Positions 8,132 through 17,936 of a stretch of 57,838 bases of DNA are shown here, piece after piece (the stretch's first letter is position 1; each line of letters begins with the position of its first letter). The stretch covers positions 1 through 57,838 of IMG/VR virus record IMGVR_UViG_3300047181_000043, one strand, 5' to 3'. The notes below the pieces were generated by a model. It worked only from the letters and a program-made list of their open reading frames with translations. It was not told where the DNA came from and did no database searches. The stretch is from a virus (taxonomy: Duplodnaviria; Caudoviricetes). Position numbers and translations under genes: made by a program.

Positions 8132-8777
8132 AAATGACAGGATGATACGCATTCGAGAAGCATGCGAGATGCTTGGTGTTCACCAGAACACGTTGCGTAT
8201 GTGGACGGAACAGGGGAAGATCCAAGCATACCGTGGTGAGAACTCTGATCGTGGTCAGAGACGTTACCGTATTGGTGACATCAAAGCACTGCTTGGTATG
8301 AAGCAGTTGGATGCACCAGTTGAAGCACTTCCTGTAGCCATCTACTGTCGTGTGAGTTCACATGACCAGAAAAAACATGGTGACTTAGAGCGACAGAAAG
8401 GAAGGATGCTGGAATTCGCAGTACATAAGAAGTACCACGTCGAGTACATACTGGATGAAGTTGGTTCTGGACTTAATGATAAGCGAAAGAAGCTACATAA
8501 GTTGATGGAACTGGCAGAACAACATAAGATATCCAAAATCATAGTGGAACATAAGGATCGGCTGACTCGTTTCAACTACGAGATCCTTGTCCGTTTCTTC
8601 AACAGCCACGGAGTTTCCGTTGAATATGTGGAAGAAACGCTTGGTGGTACGTTTGAAGCGGAACTGGTGAAGGATCTACTTTCCCTCATCACCGTGTTTT
8701 CAGCGAAGCTGCATGGCAAGCGGAGCAAGGAAAACCGTGAGCGCACTAAGAAGATGAAGGAAGACGGATTGCTATGA
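8118..8777 (+). CDS. tnpA: IS607 transposase TnpA (MerR-like HTH + serine recombinase)
   Basis: IREACEMLGVHQNTLRMW HTH; YCRVSS, EVGSGLN, EHKDRLTRF, ELVKDL...FSAKLHG. Confidence 0.95.
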   Translation: MPVNENDRMIRIREACEMLGVHQNTLRMWTEQGKIQAYRGENSDRGQRRYRIGDIKALLGMKQLDAPVEALPVAIYCRVSSHDQKKHGDLERQKGRMLEFAVHKKYHVEYILDEVGSGLNDKRKKLHKLMELAEQHKISKIIVEHKDRLTRFNYEILVRFFNSHGVSVEYVEETLGGTFEAELVKDLLSLITVFSAKLHGKRSKENRERTKKMKEDGLL

Positions 8778-10582
8778 AGCACTTGGACAACTACAGGGAA
8801 ATGGATTCCACCTACTCGGTGGCATTCTTTCCCCACATGTTGTCCAGAAGCAAGAAGCGTGAGATCCTTCGCATGGCGAAGAAGATCCTTGCACTCAGGA
8901 ACGAAATATCAGAAATCGTACAGGGTGACCTGTTAAAGTTCCTGAACATGAGCAAGTTCGAGTTCTTCAACTACTTCAATCCGATCCTATCAGGAAGGAT
9001 CTCCAGTCATTTCATCAAGAAGATCATGGAAGATGTACATGAAGCATACCAGAGAAGATCCGAAGCGATAGATAAGCATATCCAGTTCCAGATAGTAACC
9101 TCATTGACTCCTGTATTCTACAAGCGTAGAACCAAGGACAAACAGGTTGGTGACCTGAAATCAATCACCAGAAAAACCAAGAAGACTGACATATCGATCA
9201 CATTAACCTACCTTGCTCGTTATGGTCATACGGGAACATTGCAGTTCCTTCGTGGCGCAATAGAGAATACAGAGGTCAAGGAAGACAAGACGTGGTTTTA
9301 TCTTAAATTGTTGGACATGTGTGATCGTTATGGATTTGGTAGGTTGATGACACTCGCTATGTCAAAACGTGAGCAAGTATATTCTCGTTACGAGGATCGT
9401 GGTGCTATCTGCTTCAGTTCCCTATCGTTCAAGGGAAGATCAAGAATAACACGTCCTATCGTAGCTCGTTCCTCCAAGAAGAATTCTAGGATCAGTCACT
9501 TCGTTGAGTTGTCATGGGAGTGGTCAGAGACGAAAGGTAAACGGAAGAAATCTGACACGATGTGCATTCCTGTTAAGTATAATGCTAAGTATCACAGGAA
9601 CCTAAAAAGATACAGCAACGGAACAGATACCAGCTATACGGTAGTTGTCCGTGGTAAAGATATTCATGTTGTGCTTACCCGTGATGGTAAAAGGTATGTA
9701 CCACTAGCAGAAATAGAGCAGGAGAAAGTTGTTGGTGCTGATGTGAATCAGAAGCATAACATGCTTTCCTGTAGTGATGGATTCACTGTAGATCATAACA
9801 GAGAATTGATTGATGATCTACAGAAAGAACTACTGAAGATAGATAAGAATCGGGAAGTCCACGACAAGCATCAGAAGCTCATCATCGAAGCCAAGAAGCA
9901 GGAAGCTAGGGATTCCGGTGACAAGTATATCAAGTCCAAGAAAGTTGCATACAAACCTACTCGTAAGGAACTTCGGATAATAGATGCATTGTCACGCAAG
10001 AATACCCACTACCAAGAACAGAAGATTGCAGAAATACTGAATCATATGGTGGCTTGTGGATTCAACCACATCGTCCTTGAGGACTTGGATGGATTCATTG
10101 GTGCGAAAACATATGGTGACACCGAAGGTGGTGTGAATACAGGTCGTCTTGGTAAAGCTCTACAACTTTCATCAATCAAGGATATCATTCTCCACATGGC
10201 AACCAGATACGGTGTTTCCGTGTCTCTAGTGCATAAGGAATATTCATCGAAGCAATGTCCGTTATGTGACTGCATCGATGACCTGAACAGGACATCACAG
10301 GAGAAATTTGTTTGTGTGAGATGTGGTTACAGTGATAACGCTGACCACAACTCATCAGTTAATTTGAAAATCCGGCTTACCTCGACCGTGTTAAGAGGGA
10401 AGTTGCTCACGCAACAGACTACCGGATACAGTGCGTTCTTGCCAAAGAACCTTCCTAGATGGAAGGTGAAGGATGCTCTGGAAAAATATCGTCATGGAAT
10501 GGATCTCGATCCATTCGGAAACTTCGTGGAGCCTAAAGTGGTCAGAAATGACCACTATGAAGTTCTGTTAGGTTTGCAGTGA
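8774..10582 (+). CDS. tnpB: TnpB RNA-guided nuclease, long form (602 aa), RuvC triad intact
   Basis: VVGADVN, IVLEDL, CPLC...CVRC zinc finger, NADHNSSVNL. Confidence 0.92.
   Translation: MKHLDNYREMDSTYSVAFFPHMLSRSKKREILRMAKKILALRNEISEIVQGDLLKFLNMSKFEFFNYFNPILSGRISSHFIKKIMEDVHEAYQRRSEAIDKHIQFQIVTSLTPVFYKRRTKDKQVGDLKSITRKTKKTDISITLTYLARYGHTGTLQFLRGAIENTEVKEDKTWFYLKLLDMCDRYGFGRLMTLAMSKREQVYSRYEDRGAICFSSLSFKGRSRITRPIVARSSKKNSRISHFVELSWEWSETKGKRKKSDTMCIPVKYNAKYHRNLKRYSNGTDTSYTVVVRGKDIHVVLTRDGKRYVPLAEIEQEKVVGADVNQKHNMLSCSDGFTVDHNRELIDDLQKELLKIDKNREVHDKHQKLIIEAKKQEARDSGDKYIKSKKVAYKPTRKELRIIDALSRKNTHYQEQKIAEILNHMVACGFNHIVLEDLDGFIGAKTYGDTEGGVNTGRLGKALQLSSIKDIILHMATRYGVSVSLVHKEYSSKQCPLCDCIDDLNRTSQEKFVCVRCGYSDNADHNSSVNLKIRLTSTVLRGKLLTQQTTGYSAFLPKNLPRWKVKDALEKYRHGMDLDPFGNFVEPKVVRNDHYEVLLGLQ
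10434..10579 (+). ncRNA. TnpB omegaRNA scaffold overlapping the tnpB 3' end (5' boundary uncertain)
   Basis: Hairpins 10449-10467, 10497-10516, 10537-10556 (GAAA loop); stem 10520-27/10557-64; pseudoknot-like pairing 10531-36/10568-73. Confidence 0.8.
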
Positions 10583-11520
10583 CGGTGATAATGTGTACAT
10601 TCTGTTCAAATACTGTACCGGAGACTGCAATTGAATTACAATATTCCGAAATTCGTAATGAATTCACTTCACCTACCAATATAACGGATCTTTCTATTGT
10701 ATATAGAAAGGTGCCTAGTGGGATGTTTCCTATAGGTGAATTGGGATTTTCGCCTGACCGGTCGGGCTCATATTCCGGATGTACCGGACTTCCTTTTATG
10801 CCACTGATGATATCGAAACGACATGACTGTCCGATTTTATCGCCTGGTGGTGATGAAATAATTCTGGGAACAAACCAATGGATGTTGTTATATAACTTGA
10901 ACTCAGATGTTAATAAGTTAATTAAATCAATTCCCCATATAGAAGATTTCAAATGGCGCTATGGAGCCGATAGCACCATGGTTATATCATATTCAACCGT
11001 TCCTAAAAAATTAATGGATCACTACCCACGGTTCCCGGATAAAAAATTATTTAATATAAATGCGTTCGAAGTATTGCGTATTTGCTACGCTTCCGGTGAA
11101 GAATTGGAATCTTTGTTACATAATTTTGCGTTTAGTAAGATTGAGAGATTAGATGATGATGAACGTATAATATTATGTGACATGGTAGAAGCTAAAATTA
11201 AATTGGAAAAGGATTCAAATATGAAAGACGAAGCGCCTGTCGGCCTTATTATAGATTCATTATCATCGACTCATAAAAATAACGATGCAGAATCTCAAAA
11301 ATATTATTCACCTACGCCTATAGTAACTATTGGAAGTGGTGGGGTGGTTACTTCTTCGGGACCTATCAACAACATTTCTGAAGTGGCGACAGCCGAAACT
11401 GGGGAAGTGGCGACAGCCAGAGATAATATAATAAAAATAATCGATCGCGAGTTAGAACAACTGTCCATAATTCAGATTGTTAATGTGTTAGATAATATAA
11501 TAAAGTTGAAAATAAAATAA
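10579..11520 (+). CDS. Hypothetical protein (start GTG 10579 or ATG 10591)
   Basis: 313-aa ORF, N-terminal CxxC. Confidence 0.7.
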   Translation: MTVIMCTFCSNTVPETAIELQYSEIRNEFTSPTNITDLSIVYRKVPSGMFPIGELGFSPDRSGSYSGCTGLPFMPLMISKRHDCPILSPGGDEIILGTNQWMLLYNLNSDVNKLIKSIPHIEDFKWRYGADSTMVISYSTVPKKLMDHYPRFPDKKLFNINAFEVLRICYASGEELESLLHNFAFSKIERLDDDERIILCDMVEAKIKLEKDSNMKDEAPVGLIIDSLSSTHKNNDAESQKYYSPTPIVTIGSGGVVTSSGPINNISEVATAETGEVATARDNIIKIIDRELEQLSIIQIVNVLDNIIKLKIK

Positions 11521-11534
11521 AAAAGGAATTACAT

Positions 11535-12593
11535 ATGTCAAAAATACAAGGCATTCCAGATTATAGCGGGGACAGCTTTCCTGACGCGGATTTAAAAACC
11601 GGTGGGAGTCATATTAGTAATATTTCTAATGGAATAAAGTCTGTAGAATCTGAGTTGGATACATTATATCGAACTTCTTTTATTGATGCGTGCACCAATG
11701 AACCTGATAATTTACACATGACCGTTTTGTATGATGAATTTTCTGGATATCATCCATCACTACATGGTGGTAAGTATTATCGCGATACAAAAACTATTGA
11801 ATGTGCGACACAATTTGAAATAGTAGATCCTGATAATAATCTTTCCATCATTGATCCAGAAACCGGTGAGATTTATACACATATTGTAGATTCTGACGGA
11901 ACGCGAATTAAAAGTGAATTAAAAATAAGTGAAAATCCTGGTGCAATTTCGATAATTGAAGAATATCCACAATTTATGGATGAGCAGCTCGCGCTGATCA
12001 AATCATATAAAAATAATGCGTTTAATAAACGAATATTAAAGAAATTGGTTATGGGTAGAAATGGAATGCCTCCACAACATCAGTACATATCCATTTCTGA
12101 TGTTATATTCTGTGGAATTAAATATATATCTGATCATCGATTTGGTAATCATACTGAGTTGTTTGAACAATTACTTGAATTAGGTCGATTATATAAGAAA
12201 TGTAATATTACATCAATGTTATATAATGCAGATAGTACAAACTTTGGTTTTATTTTGAATCGATTAAAATGTCTATTGACATTTAATTTAAATCTCGTGT
12301 GTTGCGATGTCGATGCTGGTGGATTAAATGTATTCAATAAGTTAAATTCCGAGGATATTAGTGAAATTGAATCTTTGCGACGTAAATTACAAACTCCTCT
12401 ACTAGAAATAGTGGACCCTGCTACTCTTGTATTTATACAACAACAACGGGAATTTATGGCAAATCTGCCTATGGAGGGGCCAGGTTCTCCTGGTGATTTA
12501 TTAAAACAACATCAGGAATATATGGAATCGTTGGATATGGCATGTAAATCTAAAGAGTCTGTTTCTCCCAGTGATCTGAATTCAGTCGAATAA
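11535..12593 (+). CDS. Hypothetical protein
   Basis: 352-aa ORF with AAGGA SD. Confidence 0.75.
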   Translation: MSKIQGIPDYSGDSFPDADLKTGGSHISNISNGIKSVESELDTLYRTSFIDACTNEPDNLHMTVLYDEFSGYHPSLHGGKYYRDTKTIECATQFEIVDPDNNLSIIDPETGEIYTHIVDSDGTRIKSELKISENPGAISIIEEYPQFMDEQLALIKSYKNNAFNKRILKKLVMGRNGMPPQHQYISISDVIFCGIKYISDHRFGNHTELFEQLLELGRLYKKCNITSMLYNADSTNFGFILNRLKCLLTFNLNLVCCDVDAGGLNVFNKLNSEDISEIESLRRKLQTPLLEIVDPATLVFIQQQREFMANLPMEGPGSPGDLLKQHQEYMESLDMACKSKESVSPSDLNSVE

Positions 12594-12796
12594 TATCTAA
12601 AATAACTAAATCTGATCTATCAACATATGTTGATAGATTGTTAGTATTTTATTATATTTAAAATAAATTTGTTATTTCGGATAACCAGTTTATCGAGCAG
12701 GTTTTTAATGATAACAATCATAAACCAGATCCACGAAAATCTCACACAAACTAAGATTTTTTGTTAACTTTGTTATAGTTTGTACAAGGAAATAAA

Positions 12797-15700
12797 ATGA
12801 CACAACGAAATTCAAATTACCTCCCACTGAAGCTCACCAAAAACGCTATCAAGGTACTCGAAGCGCGATACCTGAAAAAGGTCGAAGGAAAGATCGTAGA
12901 AACCCCAGAAGATTTGTTCTACCGAGTGGCTGACGCCATGGCCAACGTCGATGAAAGATATGGCGCGAGTGCCGAAGAAATCGAAGCACTTCGCGTTAAA
13001 TTCTACAATATGATGGTAGAAGGAAAGTTCATGCCAAATAGCCCCGCACTGATGAACGCGGGAAAGAACAATGGCAACAGCTTCTCTGCATGTATTCACG
13101 GAGATTCACCGGTGTTGACTAACAGTGGTTATGTGCCTATGCGAGAAATATATGACCGGGTGAATTCAGGCGAGACTGTTATTGTATCTAATGGATTTAA
13201 TGAATGGGTCCCTGTATTAGCTGCCATAAATCAAGGTATTAAACCAGTATATAGGATCAATACACGAGCAGGTCGTTATGTAGATTGTACTTTAGATCAT
13301 AAATTCTATACATTCGAGCCAGGAAATAGAGATAATGGTGCATATGAAACCGGAAGCTTTAAATGGGCTCCCATTGGAGAAATTCCTTGTGGTAGGAGGT
13401 TGGCATATGGGATGCAGTCACCAATCGTGGAAGATAATAATGAAATTGATTCGGAGATAGCGTTAGCCGCCTGGATATTAACTGATGGAGGTTGCGGATG
13501 GTACAAGCAATCTAAGGGAACTACAGGGGAGTTTTTTGTTGGTGAAATTCAAGTTATAGATGATCGATCCCTAGATAACGTTATTAATCATATTAACAAG
13601 TTGGGATTTTCATATACACAAAAAGATATTTCAGGTGTGGGTGGAGTAGAACGATTTACTAGAATCAGATCATATGATAGAAAATTAGCTAAGTTTTGTG
13701 AAAAATTTGAGTTATTTAATAGAACTAACACAAAAATAGTGTCTTCCTTAATAAGAAATTCTTCGTATTCAAATAAGAGAGAATTTTTGCGAATCGTATT
13801 TGAAGCAGATGGATGTATAACAGGAACTGGAATAGGATTTCAATCTGTTTCTCAAGTATTAGTTGAAAACATTTCTGAGATGTTAGATTTATTTGGGATT
13901 GCTCATACCATAAATTTCAAAAAAGAACGCCGGGTAGGGAGATTGGATGGTTGGTCAATCCAAATTAATCACACCCGAAGTATCTTATTGTTTAAGGAAA
14001 GAATTGGGTTTATATCTGATCGTAAGCAATTGAAATTATCACAATGGCCGGAAAAGAATCCATATCCAGAAAATATAAAATATGTAGGTAATGAATATTT
14101 AGGTGAAGATGAAGTATTTGATATTCAAACCGCTATAGATGGGAATGGGAGTTTTGTTGTTGATGGTATTATTGTACATAACTGTTTTGTCCTACCTCTC
14201 AATGATTCTATTCGTGATATATTTACAACTGCTTTGAATACCGCCCTTGTACAGAAGGCTGGAGGTGGTACGGGATTTAGCTTCGACAAGCTTCGGCCGA
14301 CAGGCGATTTTATCAATAGCTCCGGTGGAACTACATCAGGTCCTATTTCCTTTTGGAAGGTACTCGCAGAAACTACCAATTCAATTCAGCAAGGATGTTT
14401 TGTAGGATCTACCCTTATTGGAATGCCTGGTCAGAACAAGCAGATCAGAGACATTAAAAAAGGTGATGTTGTCTATTCATATGATACTAATATAGGACAT
14501 GTAGTGTATAAGAAAGCTGCGTGTGATGCGTTCAAGACTAAAGAAAACGCACCCGTTTTTAAACTCTCAACGAATCGAGGACTTGATGTTTTCGTTACAG
14601 AAAATCATCAATTCTTACTTCGTAGTAATGATTACATAGAATTAAAGGATTTAGATTCTCGTTTGCCTATAATGTCCCTACTTCGCCGATTGGACGTTTC
14701 TCAAGTCGATGCCACATACCCAGCACAAACAACTGATGGAATTGATTATTCATTTGTGTCAAATAACTATTTAGATTCTGTATATGACACCGTAGTTGCG
14801 TCAATTGAATTTTCACATCATGAAGATGTGTGGGATTTTGAAGTTGAAGACACTCATAATTTTAGCGTGGTAGGAAATGATGGTGAGGGTATATTTGTAC
14901 ATAATTCCATGCGTCGCGGTGCAAACATGGGTATGATGACCATTACCCATCCTGATATTCTCAAGTTCATCACAGCCAAGCAAGATCTAAGTAAGTTCAC
15001 TAATTACAATATTTCGATCAAGATTCCCGATGCCTGGATGGTCGAGTATAAGAAATGTCCAGATGCTCCACACGTCGCTATTAATTTCCGTACTGGAGAT
15101 CGTTATGTTATTCCAAAGACAGTTCCGATCGAAACATATGAAATCAATGAGTTGATCAGATATGAAGATTATGTAGAGGGTTCTGTTAAAATTTGGACCA
15201 TGCGCGAAATCTTTGGAATCATTATTGATTGTGCTTGGAAAACTGGCGAACCCGGTCTTTTCTTTATTGATAAAGTCAATGAAAAAAATGCAACTCCTCA
15301 CGTTGGTGAAATCGAGGCAAGTAACCCCTGCGGCGAATTACCCTTACTCCCATATGAAGCTTGCAACTTAGGATCGCTAAATATTGCTGCATTTGTTACT
15401 GAAAATGGTCTTGACTGGGAATCCCTCGGACAATATATCAGAACCGCAACATATTTCCTGGATACCGTTATTGACGCGAGTCCTTTCCCAATTCCAGAGA
15501 TCAAGAAGATGTGCGATGAGAATCGCAAGATCGGTTTGGGTTTGATGGGATTTGCTGATGCGATGTTCCTGTTAGGAATCTCCTATAATTCAGATGAAGG
15601 AATTGAGTTCGGTCGCAAATTGATGAAGTTCATTAATGATACTGCACTGGATGAATCTGAATCGATTGCCAAGAAGAAGGGAGTATTCCCTAATTATGTA

Positions 15701-17071
15701 GGATCTCGTTGGGAGACCGAATGGAACCGAACCTTACGTAATGCCGGAGTGACAACAGTTGCCCCAACAGGAACCATTTCAATTATTGCGGATTGTTCTG
15801 GTGGCATCGAGCCAATGTTCTCGCTGGCATTTGAACGTAACGTGTTAAATGGCCAGAAGTTAATCGAAGTGAATAAGATATTTGAGAAGGTTGCTAAGGA
15901 CCGAGGATTTTATTCTCCGGAACTTATGGAACGTTTGGCTAAGGAAGGAACGCTTCAACATATTGATGAAGTTCCTGATGATATCAAGAAAATCTATGTA
16001 TGTTCTCATGATATCGCTCCAGAATGGCATATCCGCATGCAGGCAGCCTTCCAGGAATCCTGTAGTTCTTCCATATCCAAAACAATCAATATGCCCCACA
16101 CGGCCTCCAGAGAGGATGTGGAACAGACTTACTTGATGGCCTGGGAGATGAATTGCAAGGGCATCACGGTATACCGTGACGGTTGTCGCGATATGCAGCC
16201 CATGTCGCTTAAGAAGGAATCTGCCAAGATGGAGATTCCCGAAGCCAAGGAAGAGGCTAAGCATATCGAGGAACAGCAGATCGAATTGCAAAATATTTTC
16301 GTAGGCGTTCCTGAAGGCCAAATCATTTCTGATGTTTCGTTCCCAGATCGTTCCCACTCGGAGACCTATGTTATCCGCGCCGGCAAGAAGGGTTCAAAGA
16401 CGCACAAGAAGATATATACAACCCTAGCATTCGCGGATAAGGATTTGACTCGTCCATTTGCGATGTTTGTTAATTCCAATTCGTTCACCTCGAATGAAGT
16501 CACTGATGAGATTGTGAAGATTCTGAAGGCGCTTGCTAAGGAAAAGCTTTCTGAGGATGCGATCCATGCTTTGCGCGAATCCATGAAGGGCCAGAGTAAG
16601 ATTTCCCAGTTGATCCACATAACATCGGCTGTCGCCACTGTGGGAGTGACTGCGCAAGATATCATAGCAGTTCTTCCACATGAGAACAAGACTGACGAGG
16701 ATCCTGTGGTGACGGCGGACATTATTTCAATTCTTACCAAGCTTGCTGCGGAAAAGGGAATTCGCAAGGAATTGGTAGAGGATCTTGAAAAGAAGTATCG
16801 CAATCAGGTTAACGTGGTCAAGATTGCTCGTTTGATAGGCATGTTGCTTCGTCATAACGTTCGAATCTCGGATGTGGTTGAATCATTCGACCAGGTGCAA
16901 TTCCCAGTTACCTCATTCGTTTTCCAGATCAAGAAGTTGTTATCCAAGTTCATTAAGGATGGCACTGAAGTGACTGGCAAAACAGGATGTCCTGAATGTG
17001 GTGGTAAGATGGTCTACCAAGAAGGGTGTTTGAAATGTGCATCCGGCTGTGGTTGGTCAAAGTGCAAATAA
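12797..17071 (+). CDS. nrdJ: Class II (adenosylcobalamin-dependent) ribonucleotide reductase with two inteins
   Basis: FMPNSPALMNAG, GGGTGFSF, RRGANMG, GEPGLFFID, SNPCGELPL, TTVAPTGTIS, KGITVYRDG, C-terminal CPECG...CLKC. Confidence 0.95.
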   Translation: MTQRNSNYLPLKLTKNAIKVLEARYLKKVEGKIVETPEDLFYRVADAMANVDERYGASAEEIEALRVKFYNMMVEGKFMPNSPALMNAGKNNGNSFSACIHGDSPVLTNSGYVPMREIYDRVNSGETVIVSNGFNEWVPVLAAINQGIKPVYRINTRAGRYVDCTLDHKFYTFEPGNRDNGAYETGSFKWAPIGEIPCGRRLAYGMQSPIVEDNNEIDSEIALAAWILTDGGCGWYKQSKGTTGEFFVGEIQVIDDRSLDNVINHINKLGFSYTQKDISGVGGVERFTRIRSYDRKLAKFCEKFELFNRTNTKIVSSLIRNSSYSNKREFLRIVFEADGCITGTGIGFQSVSQVLVENISEMLDLFGIAHTINFKKERRVGRLDGWSIQINHTRSILLFKERIGFISDRKQLKLSQWPEKNPYPENIKYVGNEYLGEDEVFDIQTAIDGNGSFVVDGIIVHNCFVLPLNDSIRDIFTTALNTALVQKAGGGTGFSFDKLRPTGDFINSSGGTTSGPISFWKVLAETTNSIQQGCFVGSTLIGMPGQNKQIRDIKKGDVVYSYDTNIGHVVYKKAACDAFKTKENAPVFKLSTNRGLDVFVTENHQFLLRSNDYIELKDLDSRLPIMSLLRRLDVSQVDATYPAQTTDGIDYSFVSNNYLDSVYDTVVASIEFSHHEDVWDFEVEDTHNFSVVGNDGEGIFVHNSMRRGANMGMMTITHPDILKFITAKQDLSKFTNYNISIKIPDAWMVEYKKCPDAPHVAINFRTGDRYVIPKTVPIETYEINELIRYEDYVEGSVKIWTMREIFGIIIDCAWKTGEPGLFFIDKVNEKNATPHVGEIEASNPCGELPLLPYEACNLGSLNIAAFVTENGLDWESLGQYIRTATYFLDTVIDASPFPIPEIKKMCDENRKIGLGLMGFADAMFLLGISYNSDEGIEFGRKLMKFINDTALDESESIAKKKGVFPNYVGSRWETEWNRTLRNAGVTTVAPTGTISIIADCSGGIEPMFSLAFERNVLNGQKLIEVNKIFEKVAKDRGFYSPELMERLAKEGTLQHIDEVPDDIKKIYVCSHDIAPEWHIRMQAAFQESCSSSISKTINMPHTASREDVEQTYLMAWEMNCKGITVYRDGCRDMQPMSLKKESAKMEIPEAKEEAKHIEEQQIELQNIFVGVPEGQIISDVSFPDRSHSETYVIRAGKKGSKTHKKIYTTLAFADKDLTRPFAMFVNSNSFTSNEVTDEIVKILKALAKEKLSEDAIHALRESMKGQSKISQLIHITSAVATVGVTAQDIIAVLPHENKTDEDPVVTADIISILTKLAAEKGIRKELVEDLEKKYRNQVNVVKIARLIGMLLRHNVRISDVVESFDQVQFPVTSFVFQIKKLLSKFIKDGTEVTGKTGCPECGGKMVYQEGCLKCASGCGWSKCK
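13091..14182 (+). mobile_element. Intein 1 in NrdJ, 364 aa, with LAGLIDADG homing endonuclease
   Basis: SA|CIHGDS...TLDHKF...IIVHN|CFV; AAWILTDGG and LRIVFEADG motifs. Confidence 0.93.
14396..14905 (+). mobile_element. Intein 2 in NrdJ, 170-aa mini-intein
   Basis: QQG|CFVGST...TENHQF...VWDFEVEDTHNF...FVHN|SMRRGA; no endonuclease motifs. Confidence 0.93.
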
Positions 17072-17074
17072 TCG

Positions 17075-17099
17075 AAAGGCTCCGAAAGGAGCCTTTTTT
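17075..17099 (+). terminator. Intrinsic terminator
   Basis: AAAGGCTCC-GAAA-GGAGCCTTTTTT. Confidence 0.9.
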
Positions 17100-17162
17100 A
17101 TATTTATTTTTAAATTTGTTATTCTGGATGACAAGTTAATGTGAATTAATTATCTTTGTTAC

Positions 17163-17900
17163 ATGAGAGAAAAATTATTTACAAAACAAGATGTTCAACA
17201 GGAAGTTCTAGAAGCTACTGTTGCGGGTGAAATTGCGGCATTTGGTAAGGCGGAGACCAATATTGAAACCGGTGAGAAGGTAACCGGCGATTATAGGTCC
17301 CTGATGCCTGCCGGCATGTCTACAGAGATGGAGATAGATTCTCCATATTACCAGAAATGGATCGAGGCTAGGCAGCTTCGGAATCCCCTTCTAGGAAAGA
17401 AGTATTTTGAAAAATCCTATGAAGATTGTGTAGATGATAAGGTTCTTGATGACCAGGTAGAACTGACAGGAACTCAGATTACACCTGGCTTGGGTGAAGC
17501 AATTGATAGTGGTGATTTCGATAACTTTATGATTGAGGCTCAAGGGTCTGAAGACATCCAATTGGATGCGATTGATACGCAGGAGCTTATTGACGGATTG
17601 GATAACATTGATGACAAGCTTTTGGATATCAGCATTATCACCAATGTGGTTAACCGTAACCCAGGGCTGTCGCCTGAAGAACTCGCCGAGAAGGCATCGG
17701 TAGCAATGCAAGATTACTACCATAACGCAGAATACAAGACCTTGTTGGATCTTTTCAAAGTTATAAACAAATGCAAGACTCGAATTGAGATTAGCAAGTC
17801 TAGTGAATCTGTAGCGGGAACGCTTGAGTATTACAAGGACATTGCTGATATTGGTTCTGTCTTTACTGGAATAAATTTGAAAAGTTCTGGAAATAACTGA
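17163..17900 (+). CDS. Hypothetical acidic protein
   Basis: 245-aa ORF 4 nt after a TTATCTTTG motif. Confidence 0.75.
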   Translation: MREKLFTKQDVQQEVLEATVAGEIAAFGKAETNIETGEKVTGDYRSLMPAGMSTEMEIDSPYYQKWIEARQLRNPLLGKKYFEKSYEDCVDDKVLDDQVELTGTQITPGLGEAIDSGDFDNFMIEAQGSEDIQLDAIDTQELIDGLDNIDDKLLDISIITNVVNRNPGLSPEELAEKASVAMQDYYHNAEYKTLLDLFKVINKCKTRIEISKSSESVAGTLEYYKDIADIGSVFTGINLKSSGNN

Positions 17901-17936
17901 AAAACGTATTGAAAACATATTGAAAAAGGAGTCATT

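Larger units (their letters stand above)
7860..10579 (+). mobile_element. IS607-family insertion sequence (small ORF + tnpA + tnpB)
   Basis: Serine recombinase plus TnpB; right end ...GTTTGCAG; left boundary inferred by reconstructing the empty site GAAGGG|TGACGG. Confidence 0.85.

Noticed and set aside
10531-10573. GCCTAA...GTTAGGT as an attC
   Set aside because: Lacks AAC and L-box geometry; better explained as omegaRNA pairing.
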